A program made the translations under genes and the position numbers. The notes under the pieces were generated by a model that was not told where the DNA came from, searched no databases, and worked only from the letters and a program-made list of their open reading frames with translations. Positions 1-12,701 of a stretch of 64,000 nucleotides of DNA are shown piece after piece. The DNA is from Octopus vulgaris. Lineage: Eukaryota. Numbering within the stretch: position 1 is the stretch's first letter; every line of letters starts with the position of its first letter. The stretch is taken from positions 20,460,001 to 20,524,000 of the forward strand of contig OX597814.1 in assembly GCA_951406725.2 (NCBI GenBank). The letters are read 5' to 3'.

Positions 1-160
1 CAGTACAATCAGCCAGAAAGCCAATTAAACAAAACCTTGATTCAGATAGTTTATCTTGTTTATCTTAAATATGACAAGCATATATCAAATTTTACAGACT
101 TCTTGCAGTGTATTGAGTGGTTATTATGTCTTTATGCCACGTAATAGACAAAAGTTATAT

Positions 161-416
161 ACATGTATGTATGTATGTATGTATGTATGTATGTGTGTGT
201 ATGTATATAAATATATATATACATGTATATATATAATGTGTGTGTATGTATATAAATATATATATACATGTATATATATAATGTGTGTGTGTATGTATAT
301 AAATATATATATAATGTGTGTGTGTGTGTATATAAATATATATATACATGTATATATATAATGTGTGTGTGTGTATATAAATATATATATACATGTATAT
401 ATATAATGTGTGTGTA

Positions 417-454
<38 letters not shown>

Positions 455-484
455 CATATATATATATGCACGTGCACACACACA
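161..484. repeat. Compound (TATG)n/(TG)n/(TA)n microsatellite with higher-order ~45-bp reiteration
   Basis: Blocks of atgtgtgtgt..atataaatatatatatacatgtatatatata repeat several times and explain the Y/I/H/T/C/V ORFs at 56-522. Confidence 0.95.
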
Positions 485-3400
485 CATCTGTTCATATTTT
501 GAATATATATTTTGTTTGCTGATATTTGCTAAACGGTTGTTTCATTTTTAACAGGACCTTAACAGCAGACTCCTTCAACACATTTCATAGGTATACTTCT
601 CTAACTGCATGTTGGTGGCTCAATGTGTGCATGACTAAAAATGGTGTGATTGTCTAGTAGTTTCTTTCATTAGTAATCCAAGTAACTGCTTTTATAAAAA
701 AATTTTTTTCTTCTTGCAGACTTTTACTGTTTTGGCACTATTTAATATAGTTCTTCAATTGTTGCAAAGTCTATAATTTGTTAGATTTTACTTTGTACGT
801 TTGATAAGTATTCCTCATTTTTATTTATTTTTTTTTTTATCCAAGGGAAAGTTTTAAAATTTCGAAGAAGTTTTCACAGTTATCTCTTTGGCTTAATTAT
901 ATTAGACTTATAGAAAAATGTATTTGTTGTTCAAGTATGAACATTTTTAGCTGGATATTTATAACTTTGGGTTTTCTTGGTAGCAAACTGTTATAAATCA
1001 AATATTGCAGTCTAATACTAAAGTTTGAAATAGGTTGATAGAAAATGGCTTACTTTCATAATCTGAAATGTGATTGGCTAGCTGCTTCCAACACATAATT
1101 GATTAATACTAAAGATAAATAAGTATCTTCTTTCAGTTCATATAACTTTATTTTAAGGATTTGTGGAAATCATTATTTTAACCCAGCTAGTGCATGAGTA
1201 TATATGGTTTAGAAGTGTGAGGTAGAAGAGCTTTTTTGCTGGGATGCAGATTTCTTATATCAATTTTGATGTAGATAATGAAATTCTTGTGATCACAGGG
1301 GAAGTTCCAGTATTAGACTGTATTGAAATTGATTAATATGTCTAGCTTTACAGCACTAACAACCAAATGATTGCAATTTTGACGGGCATCCAACTGTAAA
1401 AAATCATATTAAAGCGTTCAACTTAGCAAAAGTAACTTGCTTAGAAGAATAGTAACTTTGAATAATGACTAATACAGGCTAAATAAGCCACTTTAATCTT
1501 ACTGCAGGTAATCTGTCTCCTGCTATGAGTACAATGAAATGTACCCAATCCATACTATAAAGTGGCTGGGTATATAGAGGACATCAAGTCTTAAAAATCA
1601 TGCCAAAGAGACTGTGACAGCAAAACAATGTGAAACCCATTTAGCCATGCCAGTATGGAGAAAGAAACAGTTATAAAACCATATTGGTATTGATAATTTT
1701 GAATGGCCCTTTTAGCAAGGGAAAGTAGTAAGCATACTTTGTTGTTCATCTGAGATAGCAGGGTTCAGTCCCACTTGCCCAATAATTTATTTGGTATGTC
1801 TAAGTGCAAACCTAGTTTAATTATTGGTAGAGAATTGAAGAATTAACATATCAAACACTGCAAATAAATGTGTGAAAAAACTGAGTGATGGACTGCAGTG
1901 GTAGGAAATAAACAGTAAAGTTAATGTATTTTGGATAAGATTGTATTCTGTAGCGAGAAGAGAAATCCAATATTTGGCTCTAGAAAATACCTATAGCAGG
2001 ATTTGAAGTCTTGATTTGGGGAATCGGTAATCCTGCATCTAAATTATACATTCTTTCGTTAACCACTGTTAAAATCAATAAAGCTAGCATTAGATAATTT
2101 ATCAGGTCCTCCATCTTTGCTTCCAACCTGATGTTCCTTAGTTCCTGGTGTCTCTACAGTTGGTCCATATAATCATCCAGTATTTAGTTAGGTCTCATTA
2201 AGTTCTGAATTCAAATCCCCACTGGTCAACTCTGCTTTTCCTCTTTCTAGTATTGATAAAATAATTACAAGTCTTGAGGTTGATCTAATTGATTGTATTA
2301 TCCCTTCAAATTTCTGGACATTTGCCTATGTTCGAAATCATTATTATAGTCATCAATATTGTTACAACATCGTCTTTACAGTTTGAGTTGACTTGATCTT
2401 TCATCCTTTCAGGGTCTCTAAAATAAGTACCAGTAAAATACTAGGGGTAATAAAATTGACTAACCCTCTACCCCCAAATTTCAAGCCTAGTGCCTATAGT
2501 GGTAAGAATTATTATGGTCAACATTAGTAATCTCTTTTCATTGCTGTTGCCATTACCTGTAATCATTACCATACTATTTCATTTAGTTTTACATTATTTG
2601 AAGCCAAAACTATTCTGTTACTAATTGTATGAAAAAGTCTAATAAATGACTTCATTCTTCCAGACCTGAACCAAAACTCTCAACCCATTCTTTGAGTGTT
2701 CTAATATGTTTTCATATCTACCAATCTATCTCTTATGGTGTGTTATCTTTTTCATGGTTAACCTGATTATACATAAGATTTGATATTTAAAAATAATTGT
2801 AATTGGTTTTTATTATTAACCTCATAATTTGAGATCAACATTGCTTTAATATCTACATTTACACTTCGTTTCAAGTAATTTGATTTATCATCATTATCAA
2901 GTGTCTTATTTCTGGTTATGTACATAGTACTAGGCTAGATTCAAACTGGGAACCTTTATTTCAGTGTCCAAGTTGATAAAAACATTATTGTCCTTTGTTT
3001 AGAAATAAACTATTTTGAATTTAGTTTGGTACTATGTACACATCCAGGAACAAGATATCTGATGATGACCAGACATCAAACTTATTGAAATGTGTATAGA
3101 TGTAAATGTTAAACATTTTTCATCTACAAAGCTGAAGTTAACAATTTGAAAAATTACCATTTTATTAACAACTTCCTTCAGATATTTAGCCAGTCTATTC
3201 TACCTACTATGTATCTTTCTAACATGGACATTATGTTGGCTGTTTGGTACTCTCAAATGTGTGCTATCTTCACCCCTCGACCTTATCATTTTATCACTGT
3301 ATACTAAAACTTGCTGATTGTTGTTCATCTCTGCAATTCCAGCCTGAATCCCCAATATACCCTCCCACAAAATTTTCCTGTAGTGGATGATTTTAACTCT

Positions 3401-4879
3401 TTATTTCACTACCACCCCTTATTCTATATGGCTGCACTATTTAAAATATTCTATTAATCTACAAAGAAGTTTCAAGTTACTTTTCTACGGTCACTTACAG
3501 TATTTTAAGCTTTGAACAATATTTTTATATATCCTCCTTAGCTGTATGCAACTGAACTTGATGGTGAGATATGATGTATATAGTAAGGAAGATAAATGTG
3601 AATGTAATAAAAGATTTGAAAAGCAACATGATGCGTACAAATTAAGAGGAGATACATTAAAGTAAAAGTTACAAATGGTGCAACAGGAATGAGGGTTTAC
3701 CAATTAAATGTTATTTTTCTTCTCAATATGTTTTTAAAACATTTGTTATTGAAGAAACTCTACCATTGCAGATATGACACAAGTATTATTTTCACTTTTT
3801 TTTTTCACTAGTACAGGAAATTAATGTAGACATATTTCATATATATGACCTCTCAGTAAAACACAGTATGTTGAAAAGAAACAAAAACATTATTGGTCCT
3901 TGGCTGATATTCTTTTCTCTTCACTGTGTAATTATTTCCAGTTGTACTTTTATGGTCTTTGCTCTAACATGTAAATATTAACTTATCATAACATGTTAAT
4001 ATTAACTTAACTATCATAACATGTTAAGTTTTTCAGGCAAATAGCATCTCTGAATTATTCTCTGCCCAACCAAACTATGATCTTTTGCATTGTTGATGAG
4101 GTAATAATATGGCTAAAATATGTCCAGAGTTCACTACCCTATTTGCCAAAAGAAATGAAAATATTATCAGTGACAAATATTATATTTTGCCCCCTCATGC
4201 CATAATTATTTCTAGTCAGGGTTTTAATGCTCTGTGCATTAAAAAAAGCTAGTTTTACTGTGTTAAATATGTTAACACTAACTTCTACAGTAGTGTATTT
4301 GTTGTATGCCTCATTAGTTTTTCTACATATGTGATTATAAAGGAAAAGTTGAGAACTTGCTATAATAGTTTTGTAGAAACTGACAGTAATATCACCATGG
4401 ATGGGTGTCATCTATGCTTTATTGCTAATATTTTGCAATAATTAATGCATTCAATAATATTGGAAAAGCAAACATGTTCTTGGTGAAATATGTATATATT
4501 TATTTATATTATTGTTGAATGATATTTATGTTTATTGTGATATATTTTTTGTCTTATTTATTTATTTATTTATTTATTTGTTATATTACATTGAAATCAA
4601 TAATATTTCTATGAATGTCTACAAAAATTATAATATTGTTTTATTTTTATCTGAATGCATCTATTATTTTTTTAAGTTATTAAATTTGTTGTAGTATGTG
4701 CTCAAGAGACAATTCTTGGTTAAATTTCACTGTGAAGCACTATGAACTAATATCTGCTACCATAGCCTCAGGTTGACCTATAACAAGTGGAATTTGACTG
4801 ATAGAAACTGTCTGGAAGCTTGTTATCATCAGCAACATTTTACCCCCAATTTTTCATTATTTCCTGGGTTGGACTATTC

Positions 4880-5760
4880 TCATCCAGCACCATATTTCAC
4901 CATTCATTGCAGTCCTTTATCATCTCCTTTGTGATCTTCAGCTTCCTGAGATCAGCTTTCACCCCTTCTTCCTATGGCTTCCTTGGTTCTGTTTCCTCTT
5001 ATACATAAATTTTCTTTCAGATTATTTGTGCTTCATCATTTGTACACACTAAATTACACATCTAGTGGAGCATTCTCACTGCATTTCTTTCAAACCTTCA
5101 CACATCCTCCATATTTGATACCCATGTTTTGCTACCATGCAGTATCATATTTTGTGCACAAGTATCTTATAATCTACCCATCACTCAAAGAAAAAATTCT
5201 TTGTTTATTTCTACTCCAGCTGTTATGCTTTTGGAGCACCAACCTTCACTATTAATTTTGTCACCTAGGTAACAGAAACCAACTATCCTAAGGGGCCCTC
5301 TGAGCATTGTAAAGAAGCCCTTCTCTTTGTCAATCTGCACCTTAATTTACATTGGGTACACTGTATGAAATTCTTACATACCCTTTTCTGCTTATGTAGC
5401 ATGGCTTCTTCACAGATAGCAGTACAATTCTGTTTATTTCTTGCTTTGCCTTTACTGTTTACTTTAAGACCCTTTGATTCTTAAGTGGATTTGGCTATGA
5501 GGATCAGGCTATCAGCTGGCTGGTGTTATGCCATCTCCAATCAGGCATTCCTGATTCCCTCTTCTTTTTTCTTGTCACCTATATTGTATCCTCCCCCAAT
5601 TAGTCCCACACTAACCCCTAGTCCTTTCTTCCCATGATGTTAGCTTTCTGGAATATTGCCTCTTTACATGCTTATTTTGCAACCATTTGTATCAGTTTTT
5701 ACAGAGCAAAGTTTTCACCAGTTGTAGAGGCTCTGTGAAGGCTATGATTATAGCCGCTTC
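4880..5760 (-). mobile_element. Heavily decayed RTE-clade LINE 3' fragment
   Basis: Segments such as cacatcctccatatttgatacccatgttttgctaccatgcag resemble the RTE C-terminal region (LHGSETW..EDM) seen intact at 62274-62498. No ORF remains. Confidence 0.5.
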
Positions 5761-6319
5761 CTCTTGGCTGAACTAATAAAAAAATAAAAGTGACATTATA
5801 GTCTTATCTAACATTGGAATAGAATTAAAGTTAACAATATTAAGCATTATCTAATTTCTTTCATTTCTTTGTAGATGTTTATAGCATGCTGGGTTTTTTT
5901 TTTAGTTTTTGATGTCTTTTTTTAAATGTGTGTATGTGTCTGAATAAATTTTGAAGATTTTGTATTTCTAATGTCTGCTTCCTAACCTTAGTAATGTGTA
6001 TGTGTGTATATATAGGGTGTCTTAAGCACTTCTAACTCCACCCCACAAGATTATAAAATCCGGTGAACTGAATCTAATCTTGATAGACAAATATGTATAA
6101 ATTATCTCTTGTTAAAATATATTTTGTGATGGAATAGCCATGTATCTCCTCCAAAGCAAGACACCTGTGCTTGTTCCTCTATCATACGTTAGCCCCTCAA
6201 CATCCAGCATAAAGCCACCTTCCTCTCTTATATATATTCCCTGCTCCCCAAACTTAGTCATGGATACTATATCCTTTTTCTTGAACTTTTTCTCTCTTGC
6301 AAGTTACTCAGCAACTTCA

Positions 6320-6505
6320 CAAGTGCCAATGGCACAGAAAAAGCACTCAGTACACAATATAAAGTAGTTGGCATTAGAAAAGGCATCCAGTTGTAGAAAC
6401 CATGCCAAAGATGATATGGAGCTCAATGCAGATCCTGTCAAACCATCCAACCCATGCCAGCATAAAAAATTAATGTTAAATGAAGATGATAATGATGATG
6501 ATTAC
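6320..6505 (+). mobile_element. RTE-LINE 3' tail / tail-derived SINE copy
   Basis: Contains ggcatccagttgtagaaac..aacccatgccagcat..gttaaatga and a (GAT)n-like tail, the same motif that ends the RTE at 54810-55240. Confidence 0.75.
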
Positions 6506-7429
6506 AGATCTAAATGAAAGCATCTTACCTACATTCTTGAAGAACATGTTATAGGAGTGGGATAATTATGATATCCATTTCAGTATAAAATTTTTTAAAC
6601 CATGACCAAACCATTCGACTTGGAATACTTATTAAAGGTATTATATTAAATAGAGTGGGAGGGTTATTGTTTAAATCAATAAAATATGGTAGAACTATTT
6701 CAGCATTAATGTAAATAGAAACAATCCTAGCTTTGTTAAAATATATTATATCAGAAGAATGCTATAGTTTAAGGGTGCAGTTATAGAAATATATGTTCAA
6801 TTGGCTGAGGCTTAAATATTTATTATCAGACAATAATCCAATTTTTGCTAAATATCTTGTATATGCATGTATGTTTACAAATGTGCACACATACACACAT
6901 TTGTATGCATGTCTGTGTCCAATGTCTACATGTTTTGTCATATGAGTATCTTTGTTACATGACAGGAGTAACCAAATTTATTTAATGTGAGTGCCATATA
7001 CAATAAATTTCAAATGTCTGGAGAGTTGCAGAACATAAACAAAATTTACAAACTCATTTTTATTGTTACATATTTTGTTACAAAAAAATTATATAAATAT
7101 TTTTAGAAATGCATGTGTTCAATAATTTTTATTCATCTATGTAGTTTTAAAAGCTGCTTATATGTATTGGTTCCAGTAATTACAAAGGACTCATATTTTC
7201 AAAATCTTGACTGGTGATTGGTTTAACTATATTAGTGTGTAGTTAATGAATTGAGGAATATGTCAGGAAATATACAAATTTGTATTTCAGTAACATGAAT
7301 TATGCTGCCTAAAGTAAGGTTTAAAAGGGAAAACAGATATATGTTTAATTTATTTATTGTCTTAGTAATTATTTACTTGAAACATGGAGATATTAAAACA
7401 AAAAAAAAACTTAGAAAATTAGAAATATT

Positions 7430-9300
7430 TCAATCATATACCATCTTACAGAATTGCAGCCTTATCAGATGATACTTATGACAGACATTACAATTTTCAG
7501 GCTGTTAAAGCCATTATTTACTGCTTAGTAGAGGTCTTGTAGGTCTCTATCCTGGCTGTGAATTATTGAAACTTTGGTTGAATACTGTCAAGAGTGTATG
7601 AATTAACTGTCTGGTTTTTATTTGTAAGGATTGTATAGTGCTTTGACTTGACAAACTTCATTACAGAGTGATTCACTGAAAATTGAAATGAATCATACTC
7701 TAGTTTTCTTCACTCCAGGATATTTTATTCCCAGAACTTATTTCCAGATTCCGTTGTACACTGAAACTTGTGGATCATCTTTAGACCCAGATCTTCTTGT
7801 AATTCCATTAGTTTAATTTCCACTGTGAATGATTCAAGTATTTGACAACCATCATTGTCTAAATCCTTGATCAGATAGTGTTCGAGAAAGGCCAAGCAGG
7901 GCTTCAACTTTGCTAGGTAATCAATTCTGTCTAGGTAATCAATTCTGTTGTAATTTATTTTTGTAGTCCTCCAGTTAGTAGGTTTTTTTAAAAAAATTTT
8001 ATTTCAATATCAAAAAATGTATTGACTCACTTCTTGAAGTTGAAAAAGTGACTAAAGTTTCTTGACAGTAAATCTCTTTAAGAATCTTTTATTGTAATCT
8101 GAAAACTGGAAACTGAGTAGGATCAGAAACAATCTTACCCTTCCTTTAGAGTGCTAGGTTGAATTTTACTCCCATTCATTTTCCAGAGGAAGGTAAATTT
8201 TCCTTTTTTTTTTTTGTAAGAAAAGTATTAATAGGCTCTAACAAATCCACAAATCTACTCTAGACATTACTAGCTATAAAGACCTCACAGTGCAACAGAA
8301 AGAAATTTTACTGGGTTTATTTTCAAGCTACAATTCTTCAATAAAATTTCAGAAATGTTTATAGCTTTTCCTTTTAAGTAAATGAAATTAACAATTTCAA
8401 GGACTGAGTACATATCTTTAGATTTGAAATATCTAGTTGCCAGGTGTTCATAGTAAATAATGCTGTGAACAATGAGAAACTCTGGCAAGACAGGAATCAC
8501 TTTGTATGAGTGTAATGAATCCAATATTTCCCCCATCATTGCATCTCCTCTCACTGTCGCAACAAAGATGAGTTTACACAGGGGAACAACAATATTTGTT
8601 AAGACTCTATCAAATGTATATTTAATTTCAACATCATAAATTGTTTCTTTTAATGATACAAAGTCCAATATCTCTTTCAGAGGAAACAATGGACAAAAAC
8701 TGCCAGTTGTGGGTTGTCTTATATGTCTAGATTTGTCAAGAGCTTAACTGAATACAAGGAAATTTTTTTAATAATTTTGCATTTTGTCTGTAACATCAGC
8801 ACTGATCTGAGAGATACACCTGTATAGCATGAAATTGGTATTTGTGCTATTAATCAATGAAGATATAATACTGCAACATCTTCAGTTATATTCTTAAATT
8901 TATTGTCAGAATATGGGCACTTAGCATGAGCACTAGCCACTGACAACAAAACTAACTTCAGTTGTAGTAACAGCTTCCTTATTAAACATTGTTGATAGTG
9001 TCTGTTGGCTGTTTAGTGACGATTTTAGCACAACTTGTTTTTCTCTAATTCTGATTTAGGTAGATCACCAAATGAAATTTTTTTTTATATTAGCTTGATA
9101 GTGATGGTTCAAGTTATTGGCTTTTGTGATGACAGAGTGACACATGACAAATAAAACATAAAGGTTTAATTTCTTCAATGAGGGATGCAAAACATACCTC
9201 CCACTCTGGCTATAAATTCCTGTTTTCATTATCATGTTATCACTTTTTTTTTAGAATTTGATGACGCTATCACAAAGTTTTCAGATACTTGTAAATATAA
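7430..9300 (-). mobile_element. Probable decayed Penelope-like element (RT + GIY-YIG relic)
   Basis: Minus-strand fragments include TGVSLRSVLM (~8790-8825; cf. Penelope RT GVPLRPIVS) and GDAMMG (cf. G.AMG). EHYL..D.QILE..L.ELQ..MIHK resembles the GIY-YIG C-terminus. An eroded hammerhead-like motif lies at the 3' end (7440-7475). Confidence 0.4.
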
Positions 9301-11097
9301 CTTGTATCAGAAATATACTACTAGTTCCACCAACAAGCTCATATGTGTTATTTACAGTTAATCGAAGTACTTTTATTGTATTTTAACTGTTGATCTTTTA
9401 AAGTTATTTCACTGTTTCTTTTATCTTTCTTATAAATCTTTAAGAAATAAGTAGGGGTAAGGTAAGTAATTTGATCTCAGTTTTCCACTTTATTTTTTCT
9501 ATAATTTCCTGTTTCTATCTTTCTTGGAAATGTCAACCAAAAAAAAAAAAAAATGAATAGGTGTAAGTGACTACAAGTATATCATTTGTTGAAGGAGCTT
9601 TGGCTAATTTCAGAAACAATATATACAAGTTCTGTAGAAAAAATGTCTAATTAGAAAATGGTTATTATGTCAAAGAATAATCTTTAGAAACCTCGCATTA
9701 AAATTTTTTTCTGATTTAATAAACTTTTGTTCTTTCTTAAACATAAGGTTGTATAGAAAACTTTAAATTTCTTAGAATTTAAAGGAAAATGCTTTTTTTT
9801 CTTTATATCTTTATATCTCTGAATGACTTCAGAGGTCATTCATTGAATGCTTGAATGAAGATCCTAAATCCAGAAAACTGATAAGATAAGGATTAAACAA
9901 GTTAACAGGGTGTCTTTACATATTCTCTTGAACTGCAAGAAATAGCAATCAAATTTTCCTTAAATCACATTCAAAAGAATGACATATGAGATAATGTAGT
10001 CCTAAATACTTCTAAACAAAAGACTAAGGGGATGGTCACTGTTGAATTGATTTTGATCATAGGTCTGCTCAGTCAGAATTGACTTGTGGCCAAATAATAA
10101 TCTTTGGATTAAACTTCATTTTTTGTTCTGTATTTAAACTCACAACAGCCATAGTTTTCCTGTGAGGAACAGTGAACTAGATATTATCTTTGACGTAAAT
10201 AAGGAGCAGTGTCACACAGATTAATGGATTATGTGCATATCTGTTATCATACCCAACATAAGTTGATGGGAGAAGATTATATAAAAAATTTGAAGTTGAA
10301 TTTTATGAAGTTGTTAGGAAAGAGGTTGGAAAGTTTCTTGAAAAGAAATTTGGCTGCAAAATTGTCTTCATAACATTTTCCTTACTTACATGAGTATTAT
10401 CATCTAATGTAAGGGTGTCTGTTTTAGTAGGTCACTACAGTGAACTAATTTACTTTGAGGTTGGTTACTGATCAAATGCTGATTGAGCTAAATATAGTTC
10501 AGTAACATTTAATATCTGTATGCCTTGAATTGCTGAACTTATGAGCTTCTCTTAATCGGAAGCCTATGGTCACTAAGTGTGCTGAAGCTTAGCTGGCCTA
10601 GGCTATCAGGAACAAAAGCATTCAGAGCCGGAAGAAAGTTGATATCTGAAATACAATTAAAATTTCTCAAAATTCAAACATCAGTATTAGCTGTTGAAGT
10701 AATGGCTGGTCAATGCTTTAAGAACCTAATTCCATTCATTTAGTGTCAACAACAACTTTATATCTAGTCATGGTTATAGTAATATTAGTTTGATAAGGTC
10801 AAACATACTGGTACTTTTATAGAAGTATCAAATAATCATGACCTAGCTGTTATTTGGGGTTTACTGGGGTTTTTTTGAGGGGTAGGAGTGCTGTATTTGA
10901 AAACCATAGAGAGCATTTAGCAAGATTTAAAATAACATTTTGGAATTCGATTTGGGTGGTTTACCAGAAAAGTAGTTTCATTATCTCACTATTAAATTAG
11001 TTTATATATAACAATATATTTTGTTTATAGTTAATTCTAAGGTAAAGTTTCCTTAAAGATTTCCAATATTCTTTGTTTTAATATTTGGTTGAAGAAA

Positions 11098-11313
11098 AGG
11101 TAGTGAGCTGGCAGAATCATTAGCACATTGGGCAAAATGCTTAGTGGTATTTTGTCTGTCTTTATGTTCTGAGTTCAAATTCTACTGAGGTTGACTTTGG
11201 CTTTCATCTGTTCAAGATTGATAAAATAAGTACCAGTTGAGTACTGGGATCGATGTAATCAACTTATCCCCTCCCCAAAAATTTCTGGCCTTGTGCCAAA
11301 ATATGAAATCAAT
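11098..11313 (+). mobile_element. tRNA-derived SINE with Nin/Deu-type central domain (family A)
   Basis: Head gagctggcagaatc..ttagc, B-box-like gagttcaaattc and core ctttcatc..gataaaataagtaccag. Many copies occur in the window. Confidence 0.8.
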
Positions 11314-11388
11314 ATTTAGTTTGTAGATGCTTTCATGTAATGACATATTTTTACTAAATTTTGTTTTATTTATTTATCTATTTCGTAG

Positions 11389-11699
11389 GCAATGGAACGG
11401 CATCTGCTGGTGTGCCTGGTACAAAATTTGCACCAGCAGCACCGTCAATACAGTCGCCGCCGCCGCCACCTCCACCACCACCACCACTGATGTCATCAAC
11501 TGTGCCAGTTGCTAAAAGCTCTAATGCTCCTCCACCACCAGCTCCTCCTCCACCTCCACCTGCTGCTTCAAATAAAATTACTACTGCAACTGCAGCACCT
11601 TCTAACGACCGTACTGCTCTGTTGAATTCCATCTGCGGCTTCAGTAAGGGTGGTTTAAAGAGTGTCAAGGTAAACGATCGGAGCAAGCCAAAAGTTTGA
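11389..11699 (+). CDS. Terminal exon of a proline-rich, C-terminal WH2-domain actin-regulatory protein (WIP/MTSS-type WH2 with NDRS extension)
   Basis: T-rich tract and tttcgtAG acceptor (AG 11387-88, phase 1). Encodes two poly-Pro tracts, then DRTALLNSICGFSKGGLKSVKVNDRSKPKV and TGA at 11697-99. Upstream exons were not securely identified. Confidence 0.85.
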
Positions 11700-12054
11700 G
11701 GGGAAAGCTCAGAGGATCAGTGGGAAATTGGGAGAGTAAAAAGAGAGGAAGATTATTGAAATGTTTGCCTCATTTTCCACAATACTGTGACATTCTCCTT
11801 GTAAAATATTTTGTCCATTTTAAATTGGATTTGATTTGGGCAGAAATATGTCTGAAGGGATGGTCAAAGATGGGACAACTATGGCAGATAATTGGACATA
11901 ATTTATCTCTAATTTTTTATTTTTTTCTCAACCAGTGTTGTATTTATTTACAAAATACTTCAGTAGAAATCCTTCGTATATTAGTAGTTTTTTTTTTAAT
12001 TGTTCTTTCTGATTGTGGCTGTATGTATGCGTATAGATGATCATAGACACTTTG

Positions 12055-12092
<38 letters not shown>

Positions 12093-12640
12093 ATGTTTTC
12101 TCCAATTGAGTTGAATATCTTACAATCAATTCCAAGGAATTTCAGAAGAAATAATTTACATTGACTAACACAGTTACACTTTATGAAAGAATTATAATGA
12201 TTTAAAGAACCTTTCTCTTTTAACACAAATGTCATCCAATTACAGAATGCGACAACCTGCTTCTGCAGGAATTATTCAGTTATAATCTAACAGTTATGTT
12301 GCAATAACTACTGTTATTGGTTATGGAGTAAATGAAAAATTTTATCATTAAGTTATTAAAAATGATGATCCCTATATAAGAATGTCTCCTGCTATTTCTA
12401 TCTCTTCTGTCTTTTTTTTTTTAGTGTTGCTATCATACAGTGCATATTACAATAATGTAAAAAGATTAGATAAGCAAACCTCTAATATTCTCTACTCACT
12501 TATTCTTTCTCTAACTTTATTTTATTATTGTCCCTATCACAAACATGTCTAATTACTCTGTGTAATGGAAAGTATGTTATAAAGCATCTAAATTTCTTAT
12601 TTAATTGGGCATGTATTACTGAAAAGCTGTATTGGTATGT

Positions 12641-12701
<61 letters not shown>

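Noticed and set aside
56-522. Four overlapping ORFs of 84-123 aa
   Set aside because: Translations of TA/TG microsatellite; the same applies to 12500-12754, 23267-23689, 31522-31714 and 62815-63115.
4037-4100. AG..GT-bounded 64-nt candidate exon
   Set aside because: No recognisable peptide, and its open frame ends in phase 0, which does not connect to the WH2 exon.
11327-11686. Alternative-frame Cys/Trp ORF (GICWCAWYKIC) and antisense poly-Gly ORF
   Set aside because: By-products of the GC-rich poly-Pro/WH2 frame, which has the recognisable domain.
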